A DNA stretch of 62,694 nucleotides, the filler included. It is 4 parts of 4 records of this genome, joined end to end, with 100 filler letters (N's around TTAATTAATTAA, not from the genome) between each part and the next. Parts side by side here need not be neighbours in the genome. Positions count along the whole stretch, not along the records: positions 22,650 to 48,483 come from SRR20825006_1697; 3 more parts are not named here. One strand, 5' to 3'. The translations under genes and the position numbers were made by a program. The notes beneath the pieces are model-generated. The model had not been told where the DNA came from. It made no database searches and saw only the letters and a list, made by a program, of their open reading frames with translations. Each line of letters opens with the position of its first letter. Positions within the stretch are counted from its first letter, which is position 1. Shown in pieces: positions 30,801-40,654 of this stretch.

Positions 30801-31781
30801 CTACTTTAGGTCTTCTAATTTTGATCGAACAAACTCAAACAGTTGTTTTTGACCGTATTCCGTCAAATGTGGATCATTCGGATAGTACAATTTCTTCCGA
30901 TGCGCATCCAATCGAAATTGAGTTAGAGGAGAAATTACCTTGACGTTTTTCAAACGAGCTAAATCACTTTTCAACTGGTCATAAAACTTAAACTTCCCAA
31001 CACACCTCTGAATTGGGAGAATTGCGCCAAGGGACACCATATTTTTTCGATATTCATTCGTGACTTGAGCCGCATGTGGCAACACGAGAATATATACAGG
31101 AATTCTAACTTCTTCGAGTAACTCTTCTAGATCACCTCTCATTTCTTCATAGGTACTCACCTGATTCCCTTCAATCATTATGGCATCATTAAGTGAATGT
31201 GCATCTGCTTTAAAATACCGCGCTTCACGTCGATTGTAGGTAGAAAGACTAAATTCACTTTCAGCTTTTCCTTTTACTGAAGCGTTTGATGCACCCAATC
31301 CGCCCAATTTATAATTAAGGTATTGCAAGCTCATCAAATTATCTCCTACTGCCGAGTAGCAGTTTCTAAAGAATGAGAGTTCGGACCAATTGCGCGAATG
31401 ATGATAATCTTGAAAGTCATTTCCAACGTATAATTGAATAATTATGGCGTTTGGACGAAACTCCTCCACTTTATCTTCAAAAAAGAGCCTCATTTGTTTC
31501 AATGAAATTCCGACAACTCCTGAATTAATCGTTGTAAACTGAGCGATCGAATCCTGCATAACGGCAGCGTAACTCTCATGATTTGCCGTGAAAGAATCTC
31601 CAAAAACGAGCACTTTCTTTTTGGAAGTAGAAAGTTCTTCTGGAGTATTCAACGATTTAAGCTCTGAGGAATAAAAATCGATCCAATTGAAACGATACAC
31701 CATTTCAAATAACAGAAGTGCTACTAAAATGACAAAACTCGTTTTCAATAAAAACTTCCCGATTTTCTTTAGATTTTTCAT
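30801..31781 (-). CDS. SGNH/GDSL hydrolase or acyltransferase, membrane-anchored
   Basis: VFGDSFT, NSGV.G, YVGND and DPH blocks; N-terminal TM. Confidence 0.82.
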   Translation of the reverse strand: MKNLKKIGKFLLKTSFVILVALLLFEMVYRFNWIDFYSSELKSLNTPEELSTSKKKVLVFGDSFTANHESYAAVMQDSIAQFTTINSGVVGISLKQMRLFFEDKVEEFRPNAIIIQLYVGNDFQDYHHSRNWSELSFFRNCYSAVGDNLMSLQYLNYKLGGLGASNASVKGKAESEFSLSTYNRREARYFKADAHSLNDAIMIEGNQVSTYEEMRGDLEELLEEVRIPVYILVLPHAAQVTNEYRKNMVSLGAILPIQRCVGKFKFYDQLKSDLARLKNVKVISPLTQFRLDAHRKKLYYPNDPHLTEYGQKQLFEFVRSKLEDLK

Positions 31782-33208
31782 TTCTTACTCAATTTCAAAT
31801 CGTACACCACCAGAATTCCGATACTTCCATAAAGCAATACACCCATTTTATCAATATCACTGAATGTATTGAACAATCCGTGCGCATAGAACGTAATAAG
31901 TCCAAGTAAAGCGGAAATAACGATCAATCGCTCTTCGGTTTCTAACGGTGCATAAATGAGCTTTAATCCAACATGGAGAACATAAAAGAGCAGAAGGATT
32001 AGTAAGACAAAGCCAACTATTCCCGTTTCCGAAAGCGCCGAAAGGTATTCAGAGTGAGCATTTCCTCGATCTCCAAGGTGCGTGCTGATCCGCGTCATAA
32101 ACTCAGGCGTCTGATAACGATCATAAATAAACTGATAGGTTCCTGGACCAAAGCCTGTGATTGGCTCGTCTTCAAACATTCGATATGCACACACCCATCG
32201 ATTAATTCGCTCCAAATTTGACTGATCATTCTGCAAGTTGGATACTGAACTAATGTGCGTAGCAATGTCGTCTCCGTACTTTGTCTCGTTCTCTTGCAAA
32301 GAATCGTAGATGGATTCAAAATTTAAAAGCACAGTTGCAACAACAACGGTTAAACCGACCATTATGTGCATTATCTTGACGCGTATTTTCGTCAACATTA
32401 TAAATCCTCCTGCGACAATTAGACTGATCCAAGAAGCACGAGAATAAGATAGAATTATCGCGACTAGAAAAATAGTCGAGAGTAGCCAAAACCATGTTCT
32501 TCCTGTTTCCTTTGTTTTAGTCATTTGTACAGAGAAAATCACTAAAAACGGAAAGACAAACGCCAAACAAGCTCCATAAACTGTATGATCAGAATAAAAC
32601 GGCGCACAAATATCAAAAGCAGTGTTGTGACCAAATCCACGTTGAGCATGTACCTGAATTGAGTGGAAAATAGGATAAAGTGCTCCAAGTGCGTAAAACA
32701 GAAAGAGTCGTTTTTGTTTTTTTGCAGAATTCAATTGGTTTGAAAAGATGAAAAAGTACACCGAAACAAAAAGTACTTTCATCATTAGTCGCTTCAAAGA
32801 AACGTCCATCATTTCACTTTGAATCGCGGAAATCGCAGACCAACTTAAATCCAACAAAAGCAAAATGGAAATGGGATGGGAAAATAGTTTTCGATTAAAA
32901 GACAATCCTGACAAGAGTTTAATTCCGAAGACAATCAGCAAGATTCCCGTCAGCAATTCCGTTGGAATAGACATTCGCAAAGACAAGAATGGAAGCGTTG
33001 CGTTCAACGATAAGGGAGCCAAACCAATGATCAACCAAACTGCGTTATCTATTTTTTTAAGAAAAAGTGGTAAAATGATTGCTCCAAGAAGGCAATAATT
33101 GGCAATGACAATGAACTCATTTTGCTCGTTCAGAAGAATAACGGAACTGACGATCAGCACCAGAAGAGAAACGAGTAATAGTCGACCGTTATTTTTTAGA
33201 AAAGCCAT
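31778..33208 (-). CDS. O-antigen ligase/polymerase (Wzy_C family)
   Basis: About 12 TM helices, LSYSRASW, SNLERINRW, PITGFGPG, AHSEYL..LSETG. Confidence 0.88.
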   Translation of the reverse strand: MAFLKNNGRLLLVSLLVLIVSSVILLNEQNEFIVIANYCLLGAIILPLFLKKIDNAVWLIIGLAPLSLNATLPFLSLRMSIPTELLTGILLIVFGIKLLSGLSFNRKLFSHPISILLLLDLSWSAISAIQSEMMDVSLKRLMMKVLFVSVYFFIFSNQLNSAKKQKRLFLFYALGALYPIFHSIQVHAQRGFGHNTAFDICAPFYSDHTVYGACLAFVFPFLVIFSVQMTKTKETGRTWFWLLSTIFLVAIILSYSRASWISLIVAGGFIMLTKIRVKIMHIMVGLTVVVATVLLNFESIYDSLQENETKYGDDIATHISSVSNLQNDQSNLERINRWVCAYRMFEDEPITGFGPGTYQFIYDRYQTPEFMTRISTHLGDRGNAHSEYLSALSETGIVGFVLLILLLFYVLHVGLKLIYAPLETEERLIVISALLGLITFYAHGLFNTFSDIDKMGVLLYGSIGILVVYDLKLSKK

Positions 33209-33218
33209 TTATTGGCGC

Positions 33219-34202
33219 TTATTGAATGCGTTTCTTTAGCGATTTCCATTGGCTACTTAAGATGAAAAATGCTAATGAAGTCAACAAACCAAGAAAACCG
33301 CCGATTAAAAGGTTCGTACTTAACGATGGTGACACTTTCTTTCGATCTACCTCAGCTTCAGATATTTTGTAAACATTTGGAAATGGAAGTTCGATGGCAT
33401 CTAATGTTGTTCTTTGCTCATTTTTGAGTGTATTCAAAATCCCCAATTCTCTATAGTATTCCTCAATTTTACTTTCGAGGAGAAAACCCGGATGATTCTG
33501 TAATTTCTCTTTAATTAAAACATTCCCTTCTACAAAAATTCCGTCATCTTCGCCTTGTTCAAGTTGTTTTAGTCGACGTTCAGCCAAAACACGTGCTCCA
33601 GGTTTCTCTTCCAAAAACTGAATCTCGGTTAACAAGCTATCGACCAACGCCGTTTGGATAGGAATTTTCCGCTCGTATTCTTTAGCCAATCGAATAAGGT
33701 TATCCTGAAACAAGTCAGCTCGTAAAGAATCTATTTTATTCATCAAAGCATTCACAATATCCGCTGCCAATTGTGGATCTTTCATTTTGGCTTCAATCGC
33801 CACTGACAAGTAACGCGTGCGTGTAAAATTGATGTCCTCTGAGTAATTTCTAGACAACTCAAAATGCCAACCAGCAGAATTTGTGTCTAATTCATAGTAA
33901 TTGATCAAATCAAATTGCTCGATAATTGTATTGCGCATTTTCCTTGATTCGAAGAGTTGAATGAGTCTATCCGCTTGTACTTCAAATCCAAAATCTGGAT
34001 TTTCTGCAATATTTTTTATAGAATTTGAACTTGTAGGATACACGACACCAAAGGCGATGTATTTTTTCGGGATGAAATAAGTCATCACTCCCGCTCCAAT
34101 AACAAACAACAAGGCAACTATCAAGATCTTAAATCGATTTTTGAAAACGATTTGAATGAGATTTTGGTTCACAGATTCCTCTTCCACAAGTTTTTTCCCC
34201 AA
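33219..34202 (-). CDS. Wzz-like chain-length determinant
   Basis: N- and C-terminal TM, PKKY, DPQLAADIVN, coiled coil, KVSP; the real start may be GTG at 34187, because TATATTTG overlaps the TTG. Confidence 0.8.
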   Translation of the reverse strand: MGKKLVEEESVNQNLIQIVFKNRFKILIVALLFVIGAGVMTYFIPKKYIAFGVVYPTSSNSIKNIAENPDFGFEVQADRLIQLFESRKMRNTIIEQFDLINYYELDTNSAGWHFELSRNYSEDINFTRTRYLSVAIEAKMKDPQLAADIVNALMNKIDSLRADLFQDNLIRLAKEYERKIPIQTALVDSLLTEIQFLEEKPGARVLAERRLKQLEQGEDDGIFVEGNVLIKEKLQNHPGFLLESKIEEYYRELGILNTLKNEQRTTLDAIELPFPNVYKISEAEVDRKKVSPSLSTNLLIGGFLGLLTSLAFFILSSQWKSLKKRIQ

Positions 34203-34218
34203 ATATAAGAGATTTGAA

Positions 34219-35256
34219 CTATTCGATCCCCCATAAATTCAGATAGTGCAGAGAAGTATTGGATATGGTAAAAGGCACTTCAGGTTTTCGCGTTGAATTA
34301 AGCGATAATTGTTTTTTTAATGCTGTTTCGTAATTCCCATCGGATACTAAACTCCAGTTTTCTGAAGTGAAATCTTCCGCTATTCCAACGCTCTTCGAAA
34401 CAATTCCCATACCGCACATAAGCGCTTCTAAAAAAACATATCCCAAACTTTCAGAATTACTCGGATGGAAGAGCACTTTAGCTTGGTTCATTTCAATCAA
34501 AACTTCCTCTCGATCAATGATTCCCTTGAAATCAATAAGCGCATTTTTCTCCTTTGCATATTGTTCCAATTCTTCTCTTTGCGGTCCGTCTCCAATCAGC
34601 TTCACCACTAACGGGGATTCTTTCTGCAATCGAGCCACAGTATCAATGAATTGTTTGTAATTTTTTACTTCGATCAATGATCCAACTCCCAAAATGTCTG
34701 TTTTTCTCTCAGCTTCTTTGAACATCACCTGAGTGATCCCAAAAGGAATCACATGTTTTACAGTTAATTTGAGCTGATCTTGAATTCGATTCTTCTGTTC
34801 GGTACTTAGTGCAATAAGTTGATCGGTCGCCCCCACAAAGCGTTGATATTTCGAGGCTGTTTCTGCTTCTTGTCCCATTAAAGTAATGAAGTGTGGCTTG
34901 TCATTCCTTTTCGACCAGCGCCTTCCGACCAACGAAGCGTCCGAAAGCCAAAAAGAGTGAACAACATCGATGGGATGAATACGATTCAATTCATTTAAAA
35001 ACGAGATTGCTTTTCGATAGAACTTCAGTTTTCGCCATCTTCGCGCATTGTCTCCTCCGAGCGAGACGACATTCACTCCATTCCACGTATATTTTTTTGG
35101 TGCATAAGGATAATGGATCGCCAGAATGGAAATTTCTACCGCGTTAGATTTCTGAAGTTCCAACACTAATTGTTGCAATGGAGGTGCACATAAAAAATCA
35201 TTTTCATCTTTCGCAAATCCGGGAACAATAAAAACGATGTGCTTGGTTGATCTCAT
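34219..35256 (-). CDS. Glycosyltransferase family 4
   Basis: VGSL..VKN, IGDGP.R, ESLGYVFLEALMCG (EX7E). Confidence 0.9.
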   Translation of the reverse strand: MRSTKHIVFIVPGFAKDENDFLCAPPLQQLVLELQKSNAVEISILAIHYPYAPKKYTWNGVNVVSLGGDNARRWRKLKFYRKAISFLNELNRIHPIDVVHSFWLSDASLVGRRWSKRNDKPHFITLMGQEAETASKYQRFVGATDQLIALSTEQKNRIQDQLKLTVKHVIPFGITQVMFKEAERKTDILGVGSLIEVKNYKQFIDTVARLQKESPLVVKLIGDGPQREELEQYAKEKNALIDFKGIIDREEVLIEMNQAKVLFHPSNSESLGYVFLEALMCGMGIVSKSVGIAEDFTSENWSLVSDGNYETALKKQLSLNSTRKPEVPFTISNTSLHYLNLWGIE

Positions 35257-35391
35257 ATCTCAAACAAAGATAATCGAAGTAATTTAGATTAATAGCTGAA
35301 TCGTTGTTAGCTTTTGTTTAGACTTGTGGTCTTGGTCGTCGATGAGCTGTTGATTTGACGTCATAGTGAAATGAGTAGTTAAAACTTTTTA

Positions 35392-36144
35392 TTACCAGAC
35401 CATTCTTTCGCAGATAATTCGAGTTGTCGGGGATGTTAATACCAGTCTATCGTTTTGAATTTCTATAGAGTATGCTCCTTCAAAGACATTCAATTTAGTT
35501 GTATCTCCTAGTTGATCTTGTGAATGAATGTAAATTCCATTTTTGTATTCATTCCATGATTTCATTTCTAACACATTTAGGTACGTTGAAATACTCACAT
35601 TTCCATCGCCCGAAAAGCGTAACATTTCAGAGCAATTATTGACTTGAACAGATAGAAATGAATGATCGGGATCAAGAAATTTATTCTTATAGCTGACCTC
35701 TTCCACACACCAATTATTTCCTACCAGTTGATCAGAAATTGTTGGAATATCCCTAAATGCAAAAGGCAAAATAATCAACAAGAGGAAAAATCCAGTTACG
35801 ACTAAAAATCGTACCTCAAGACGCAGATTCTTTAGTCCAGGTACTTTTTGTGCAAGAGTATCAATCCAGTTCACGAACCTATTCGGAGTCTCATCCTCTT
35901 GATTCACATGTCCCCCTCTATCTAATACTTCTAGCGCTTGTTCCTTTTGAGATTCTCTTACTTGAATTCGAATCCCTCCAATTGCGTTAGAATAGAATGG
36001 CACTGCTTCTACAGTAAGTTCATCCAAAATTTGAACTTCAATTTCCTCCAACTCCAACTCCGCTCTCAACAGATAAGCATCCATCAAGAGCTCCATTCGA
36101 TGCACAGTTACCCAATTGTCAACGCCCTCTACATTCTTTTCCAT
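35392..36144 (-). CDS. DUF2007-domain membrane protein
   Basis: AYLLRAELE.E.I...ILDE.......YSNAIGGIRIQV; one TM. Confidence 0.75.
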   Translation of the reverse strand: MEKNVEGVDNWVTVHRMELLMDAYLLRAELELEEIEVQILDELTVEAVPFYSNAIGGIRIQVRESQKEQALEVLDRGGHVNQEDETPNRFVNWIDTLAQKVPGLKNLRLEVRFLVVTGFFLLLIILPFAFRDIPTISDQLVGNNWCVEEVSYKNKFLDPDHSFLSVQVNNCSEMLRFSGDGNVSISTYLNVLEMKSWNEYKNGIYIHSQDQLGDTTKLNVFEGAYSIEIQNDRLVLTSPTTRIICERMVW

Positions 36145-36224
36145 TCTCTTACTTTCTCAAGCGGATAAAGATACTTCAATTTTCAAGGAGACGATTTGAT
36201 AAAATAAATCTCAAAGCAGAGAAC

Positions 36225-36950
36225 TTAACTCAGCATTAACCATGGAAATGGTGAAATTTTCTTCCTCAATAACTTTTCGATTATAGACTTCTTGTTGGTT
36301 GCTACGACTGTTAATTCAGGGAAATCATTCAAGGTATGATGATTATAGAACTTTGCCATTCGAGGAAAGCCTAGTTTTTCAAAATAATTCACCGTTCTTT
36401 CTTTCGCCTTTGCAGCAGCTTCCGCATCTGAATAGATTGGACTATCCAAGATGTGAATTTCTCCTCCAGGCTTGATCAATTTGCGCAATACATTAATGAG
36501 TGCCATCGGATCGGGAAAATATTGAACGCTTCCATTTAAAACAACAATATCAGCCGTTGCACTTCTTTCCAAATTGAATACATCAGCATACGCGAACGTT
36601 AATCTCTTATGAAAAAAAACTCTGTTCGCTTGATTTAATTCTGATTCGTTCACATCTAGTCCCAGTACATTTGCCGTTGAATTTCGTGCTAAAAAATGAG
36701 AGAACCATCCATTCCCACAACCGATTTCAATGATTTCCTTAGGTTTCTTTCGAGCCAAATAGGATACAAATTTGTTTGCCGTTGCTCGTCTTTTTTTCCA
36801 AATATCAATGTGAATATCGGATTGAGAAACATTTGGCAGCTTCTTCACCTTTTCATCCGAACAAATCCACCCTTCTTTTTCTCGCACTTCGAGGTAAACA
36901 TCTTCAAAATCAGCCAGTTTAGGCGTTAAAAAGTGAATTTCTTTATTCAT
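36225..36950 (-). CDS. Class I SAM-dependent methyltransferase
   Basis: IEIGCGNGW, GLDVN, DIVVL..SVQY, IKPGG. Confidence 0.88.
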   Translation of the reverse strand: MNKEIHFLTPKLADFEDVYLEVREKEGWICSDEKVKKLPNVSQSDIHIDIWKKRRATANKFVSYLARKKPKEIIEIGCGNGWFSHFLARNSTANVLGLDVNESELNQANRVFFHKRLTFAYADVFNLERSATADIVVLNGSVQYFPDPMALINVLRKLIKPGGEIHILDSPIYSDAEAAAKAKERTVNYFEKLGFPRMAKFYNHHTLNDFPELTVVATNKKSIIEKLLRKKISPFPWLMLS

Positions 36951-37118
36951 TTAGCTGCTATTCTAGATTTTCAAATGAGATCTGTACTATTCAAGTACTT
37001 GTAAATGTACTCATCAATCATTGTTTTTAGAATCTGAAACCACATAAGATAACACGAATGAATTGTTCACAACTCTGTCACTATTCGTTCATTCTTCAAA
37101 AGCAGAATTATAGGTTAA

Positions 37119-37790
37119 TTATTCGCAGCCATTCAACAATTTTGGAAGTCGCTCTTGTTCCACCCAAGCGTCTACTCTCCATTGTCCGAAAATCTCTCTT
37201 CGAATTCCATCGGGACCAACAACAATCGTTTTGATTGTCAAAGTTGTTGGAAGATTGAACGACCGAAACAACGAATCTGCATTACTCAAGTTACTCCCCT
37301 TTCCAGAAATAGTATCTCCGTCGTCAAAAATACTCCATTCAGTAATCGAGAATGATGCGTTTAAAGGAACTTCTGCCGGGTATTTAGCGAATAAATTCGT
37401 GGAATGTAAAGATGCTTTGCTACTGCTTTTGGAACCGCCCCAATACAAAGTCGGATCCGGTAAATTACTTACTCTGTACTGAACTTGTCTTATGGTGTCC
37501 CAATTACCATCATTGTCCACTACTAGTGTAAGTATCGTGGTTCTATTTTGATCCGGAACAACCGTGAAAAAATCACTATTTTCTGACTTAGAAACTGAAC
37601 AATTTGAACCAAGTAGAATGACTCTTCCATCTCCGTTGTTGGTTACTGCTGGAATAACCCTATTTGGATAACCACGATAAAGAACATTCATTTCAGGTAA
37701 TTCAATTGCACCGACTGGTTCTTGGGCAAATAGCCCGTTTTGAAGAAAAAGTGAAATACCACACACTAGAATACAAAAGCTTACTTTCAT
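37119..37790 (-). CDS. Secreted GldM C-terminal-like protein
   Basis: EMNVLYRGYPN and YRV..LPDP resemble GldM periplasmic domains; signal peptide. Confidence 0.6.
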   Translation of the reverse strand: MKVSFCILVCGISLFLQNGLFAQEPVGAIELPEMNVLYRGYPNRVIPAVTNNGDGRVILLGSNCSVSKSENSDFFTVVPDQNRTTILTLVVDNDGNWDTIRQVQYRVSNLPDPTLYWGGSKSSSKASLHSTNLFAKYPAEVPLNASFSITEWSIFDDGDTISGKGSNLSNADSLFRSFNLPTTLTIKTIVVGPDGIRREIFGQWRVDAWVEQERLPKLLNGCE

Positions 37791-37881
37791 TTGGGAAATT
37801 GATTTATTGAAAATACTACTAATTATGAAGAAAGTAACAGCTTTCTAGATTTGAAATTGACTTAATTGTGCATTTTTCGGG

Positions 37882-38439
37882 TCATTCATTTGCTCTTCCA
37901 TAAATTACACGCTTCGAAAAAGTGGATTGAATGAACCCCCACCTAACGCCCGATTTCATCCCATTTCCAGATGAAGAGAGTATTTCTGGCTCAATCCCTT
38001 TAAAGAGCAAGTGTTCACTGTTTCCTATTTTTTGAACAATACTATCTGGAAGTTCAGCAATTGTTGACGAACCAACATTTCTCTCTAGAAAAGTCGTTCT
38101 TTCCTCAGATTCGGATCCATCAACACAGCCAGATGCATAGTAAGTTGTATCTATATTCCAATAGTGAATGAAATCAAGCTTTAAAGTATCGCCATCATCA
38201 AATTCAATATTTAAAAACTCATAAACTATTGTGGCAGGATTATCAATGAATTCAATTTCTAAGGTTGTCGCTCCATGAATTTTGTATGTAGCATGAGCTT
38301 CCACTTCTATATGTTCTTCCGTACTTTCGGAATATATAACTCGATAATTCCCTGCCAAATTTGAGGTAAAAAATATGTCTTGAGCAGTTGCTTTAAAGCT
38401 GAAAACGAGAATAAGGCATAGAAGAATTCTTTTGGGCAT
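37882..38439 (-). CDS. Hypothetical secreted protein
   Basis: Signal peptide ATA-Q; acidic 185-aa ORF. Confidence 0.55.
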   Translation of the reverse strand: MPKRILLCLILVFSFKATAQDIFFTSNLAGNYRVIYSESTEEHIEVEAHATYKIHGATTLEIEFIDNPATIVYEFLNIEFDDGDTLKLDFIHYWNIDTTYYASGCVDGSESEERTTFLERNVGSSTIAELPDSIVQKIGNSEHLLFKGIEPEILSSSGNGMKSGVRWGFIQSTFSKRVIYGRANE

Positions 38440-38507
38440 TTGTTTTATCCGTTATGATGCACAATGAATTCGTTTTTCACATTTTTTTTCCGATTCTTCT
38501 ACCCTTC

Positions 38508-39887
38508 TCACTTCATAAACGCCATCGCCGTTCGAGAAAGGATCGCCTTTGTTTTTCCTTTTGCCCAAGGAAGAAATGATTTATTCTCCCAATGTTTATG
38601 TGCATTTACTGAATTCACTACGTAGCGAACTGCGTGTGTATAAAACTCACGTGAATAAGTGCGTTCAAAATCGATATCTCTGTCCGTTGATTCTTCCCAA
38701 TTTGGAAGTGGTTTCATTTTCGGTTTTACTTGTTCGTAGAGCGAAGTTCCAGCAATTGGGTATGCAACGGTGATTGTAAAATGATCTGGATTCGATGTTT
38801 TTAAGTGATGAACTGTTTCTTTGATATCGCTCATCGTTTCATTTGGATAACCGAGCATAATAAACGTTCCCGTTCCTATTCCTACTTCTCTTGCTTTGCG
38901 AATCTGATCGCGAACTACGTTAACGTCAACTCGACGATCCATTTCATCAATGATCTTTTGCGATCCACTTTCAGCTCCAATCCAAATTTTTGAACAGCCA
39001 ATTTCTTTCAACTGCGCCAAAATCTCATCTGTAAGTCTTTCTGCGCGAGTGATACATTCAAACGCTATTTTGATACTTCGTTTGGTAAATTCCTCGTGCA
39101 ACTCTGAAATCCATTTGTGACTCACGGTAAAAACGTCATCTACAAACCATAAAGAATCAGGTTGATAACGCTCAATCAAGTATTCTACCTCATCGGCAAC
39201 CAATTTAGCAGACCGACGACGATAACTTTGTCCATAAACCGCTGTACTGCACCAATTACACGTATAAGGACATCCTCTTTGGGTGCTCAACGAGATCGTA
39301 CTGCTCCCGTGTCTGTTTTTCCATGCAGATAAATACAGATCGAGTTCAATTGCTTCCCGGTCTGGCATTGGAAGATCGTCTACTTGCTTGATTTTTACAC
39401 GCGGTGGATTTACGACAATTTCTCCTTCTTTCCAATGGACAAGTCCAGTTACTTCTTCAACTGAGTTGGAATCCTTAATTGCTTTTGACAACTCCAACAT
39501 GGTTTGTTCACCTTCGCCGATAATTAAAAAGTCCGCTCCGGCATTCATGTAATTTTCCTTGTTGTAGGTTACATCTGGTCCTCCCAAAACGATTTTGGTG
39601 TCTGACAGTCCTTGTTCGGAACGGATAAAACGAATGATTCTAATCAAGTTGATTTTCGTCATCAGGTTTGCATACAAAGCAACCAAGGCGGGCTTATTCT
39701 CCACCAAAGATTTCTTTAACTCTTCAAAAGATGAAAATGTGGAATCGAACACCATCGTTTTCACCTCAGATTGCTTCAGAAATCCAGAAATATACAGAAG
39801 TCCCAATGGAGGATAAGGTCGCATTATCTCCTGCTCCTTTTCGTCCTCTGCCAAGAAATATCCGTGTGTTAGAAAAACATCCATCAT
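38508..39887 (-). CDS. Cobalamin-binding radical SAM enzyme
   Basis: PYPPLGLLYI, LGGP, GEGE (B12-binding domain); RGCPYTCNWC; FVDD.F; IGAESGS. Confidence 0.93.
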   Translation of the reverse strand: MMDVFLTHGYFLAEDEKEQEIMRPYPPLGLLYISGFLKQSEVKTMVFDSTFSSFEELKKSLVENKPALVALYANLMTKINLIRIIRFIRSEQGLSDTKIVLGGPDVTYNKENYMNAGADFLIIGEGEQTMLELSKAIKDSNSVEEVTGLVHWKEGEIVVNPPRVKIKQVDDLPMPDREAIELDLYLSAWKNRHGSSTISLSTQRGCPYTCNWCSTAVYGQSYRRRSAKLVADEVEYLIERYQPDSLWFVDDVFTVSHKWISELHEEFTKRSIKIAFECITRAERLTDEILAQLKEIGCSKIWIGAESGSQKIIDEMDRRVDVNVVRDQIRKAREVGIGTGTFIMLGYPNETMSDIKETVHHLKTSNPDHFTITVAYPIAGTSLYEQVKPKMKPLPNWEESTDRDIDFERTYSREFYTHAVRYVVNSVNAHKHWENKSFLPWAKGKTKAILSRTAMAFMK

Positions 39888-40654
39888 CGTTGAAGGTAGA
39901 TAAAATAATGATCTGAGCGAGCTGCAGCCTTTTTACTGTCTTCTTTTCTGCGTTCCATTCGTTTTAATCGTTCGAATAATTTAGGTCGTTTTTTCACAAA
40001 AGACTCTAGGTAAGATGGTGGAATAAAACTTCCTACGGGATGAATACCCCTTGTTTTCATTGACGAATGTTCAGAGATCCACGTTGGCGAATAGTACCAG
40101 GTTTTTACTTTCACGCCGTTTACATTTGCATCAACGCCTTTTTTATTTTTTCTTCGGAATGCTTCTGAGATTTTACCTTTTGCTAGAAAATAAATTGATT
40201 CCCAGCGACACGCAGATGGCATGATCACGAGCATTGTCTTCCCTCCTATTTTTAGTTTCTTTTTAATCGTTTCTAACGCACTTTCGAGTTCAATTTCGTC
40301 GAGACAATTTAATCCTCCGAAATTCGAGAATATAAGATCAAACTGCTCGTCTTCGAAGGCGGCATCTAGGTGTTTAATATCGAGCACTTCCGTCTCAATC
40401 TCCGAATTTCGTTGTTGTGTGATCGAAATCATTTCAGGAGAGATATCGGTTGCCGTTACTTTTGCTCCTTGCTGTGCCATCCATGATGCGTCTGCGCCAG
40501 TTCCACAGTTAATTTCCAAGACGTTTAATCCCGAAATGCCATCGAGATATCGATTCATAAAACGATACACCGATTCACGTTGAGCGGTTCCGATTAACGA
40601 ATGAGTAAAATCATCGTCGTAGGTAGAAGCAATATGATCAAAGTCCTGAATCAA
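39884..40654 (-). CDS. Class I SAM-dependent methyltransferase
   Basis: LEINCGTG.DA, TDIS..M, FDLIFSNFGGLNC; 4-nt overlaps with both neighbours. Confidence 0.9.
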   Translation of the reverse strand: MIQDFDHIASTYDDDFTHSLIGTAQRESVYRFMNRYLDGISGLNVLEINCGTGADASWMAQQGAKVTATDISPEMISITQQRNSEIETEVLDIKHLDAAFEDEQFDLIFSNFGGLNCLDEIELESALETIKKKLKIGGKTMLVIMPSACRWESIYFLAKGKISEAFRRKNKKGVDANVNGVKVKTWYYSPTWISEHSSMKTRGIHPVGSFIPPSYLESFVKKRPKLFERLKRMERRKEDSKKAAARSDHYFIYLQR

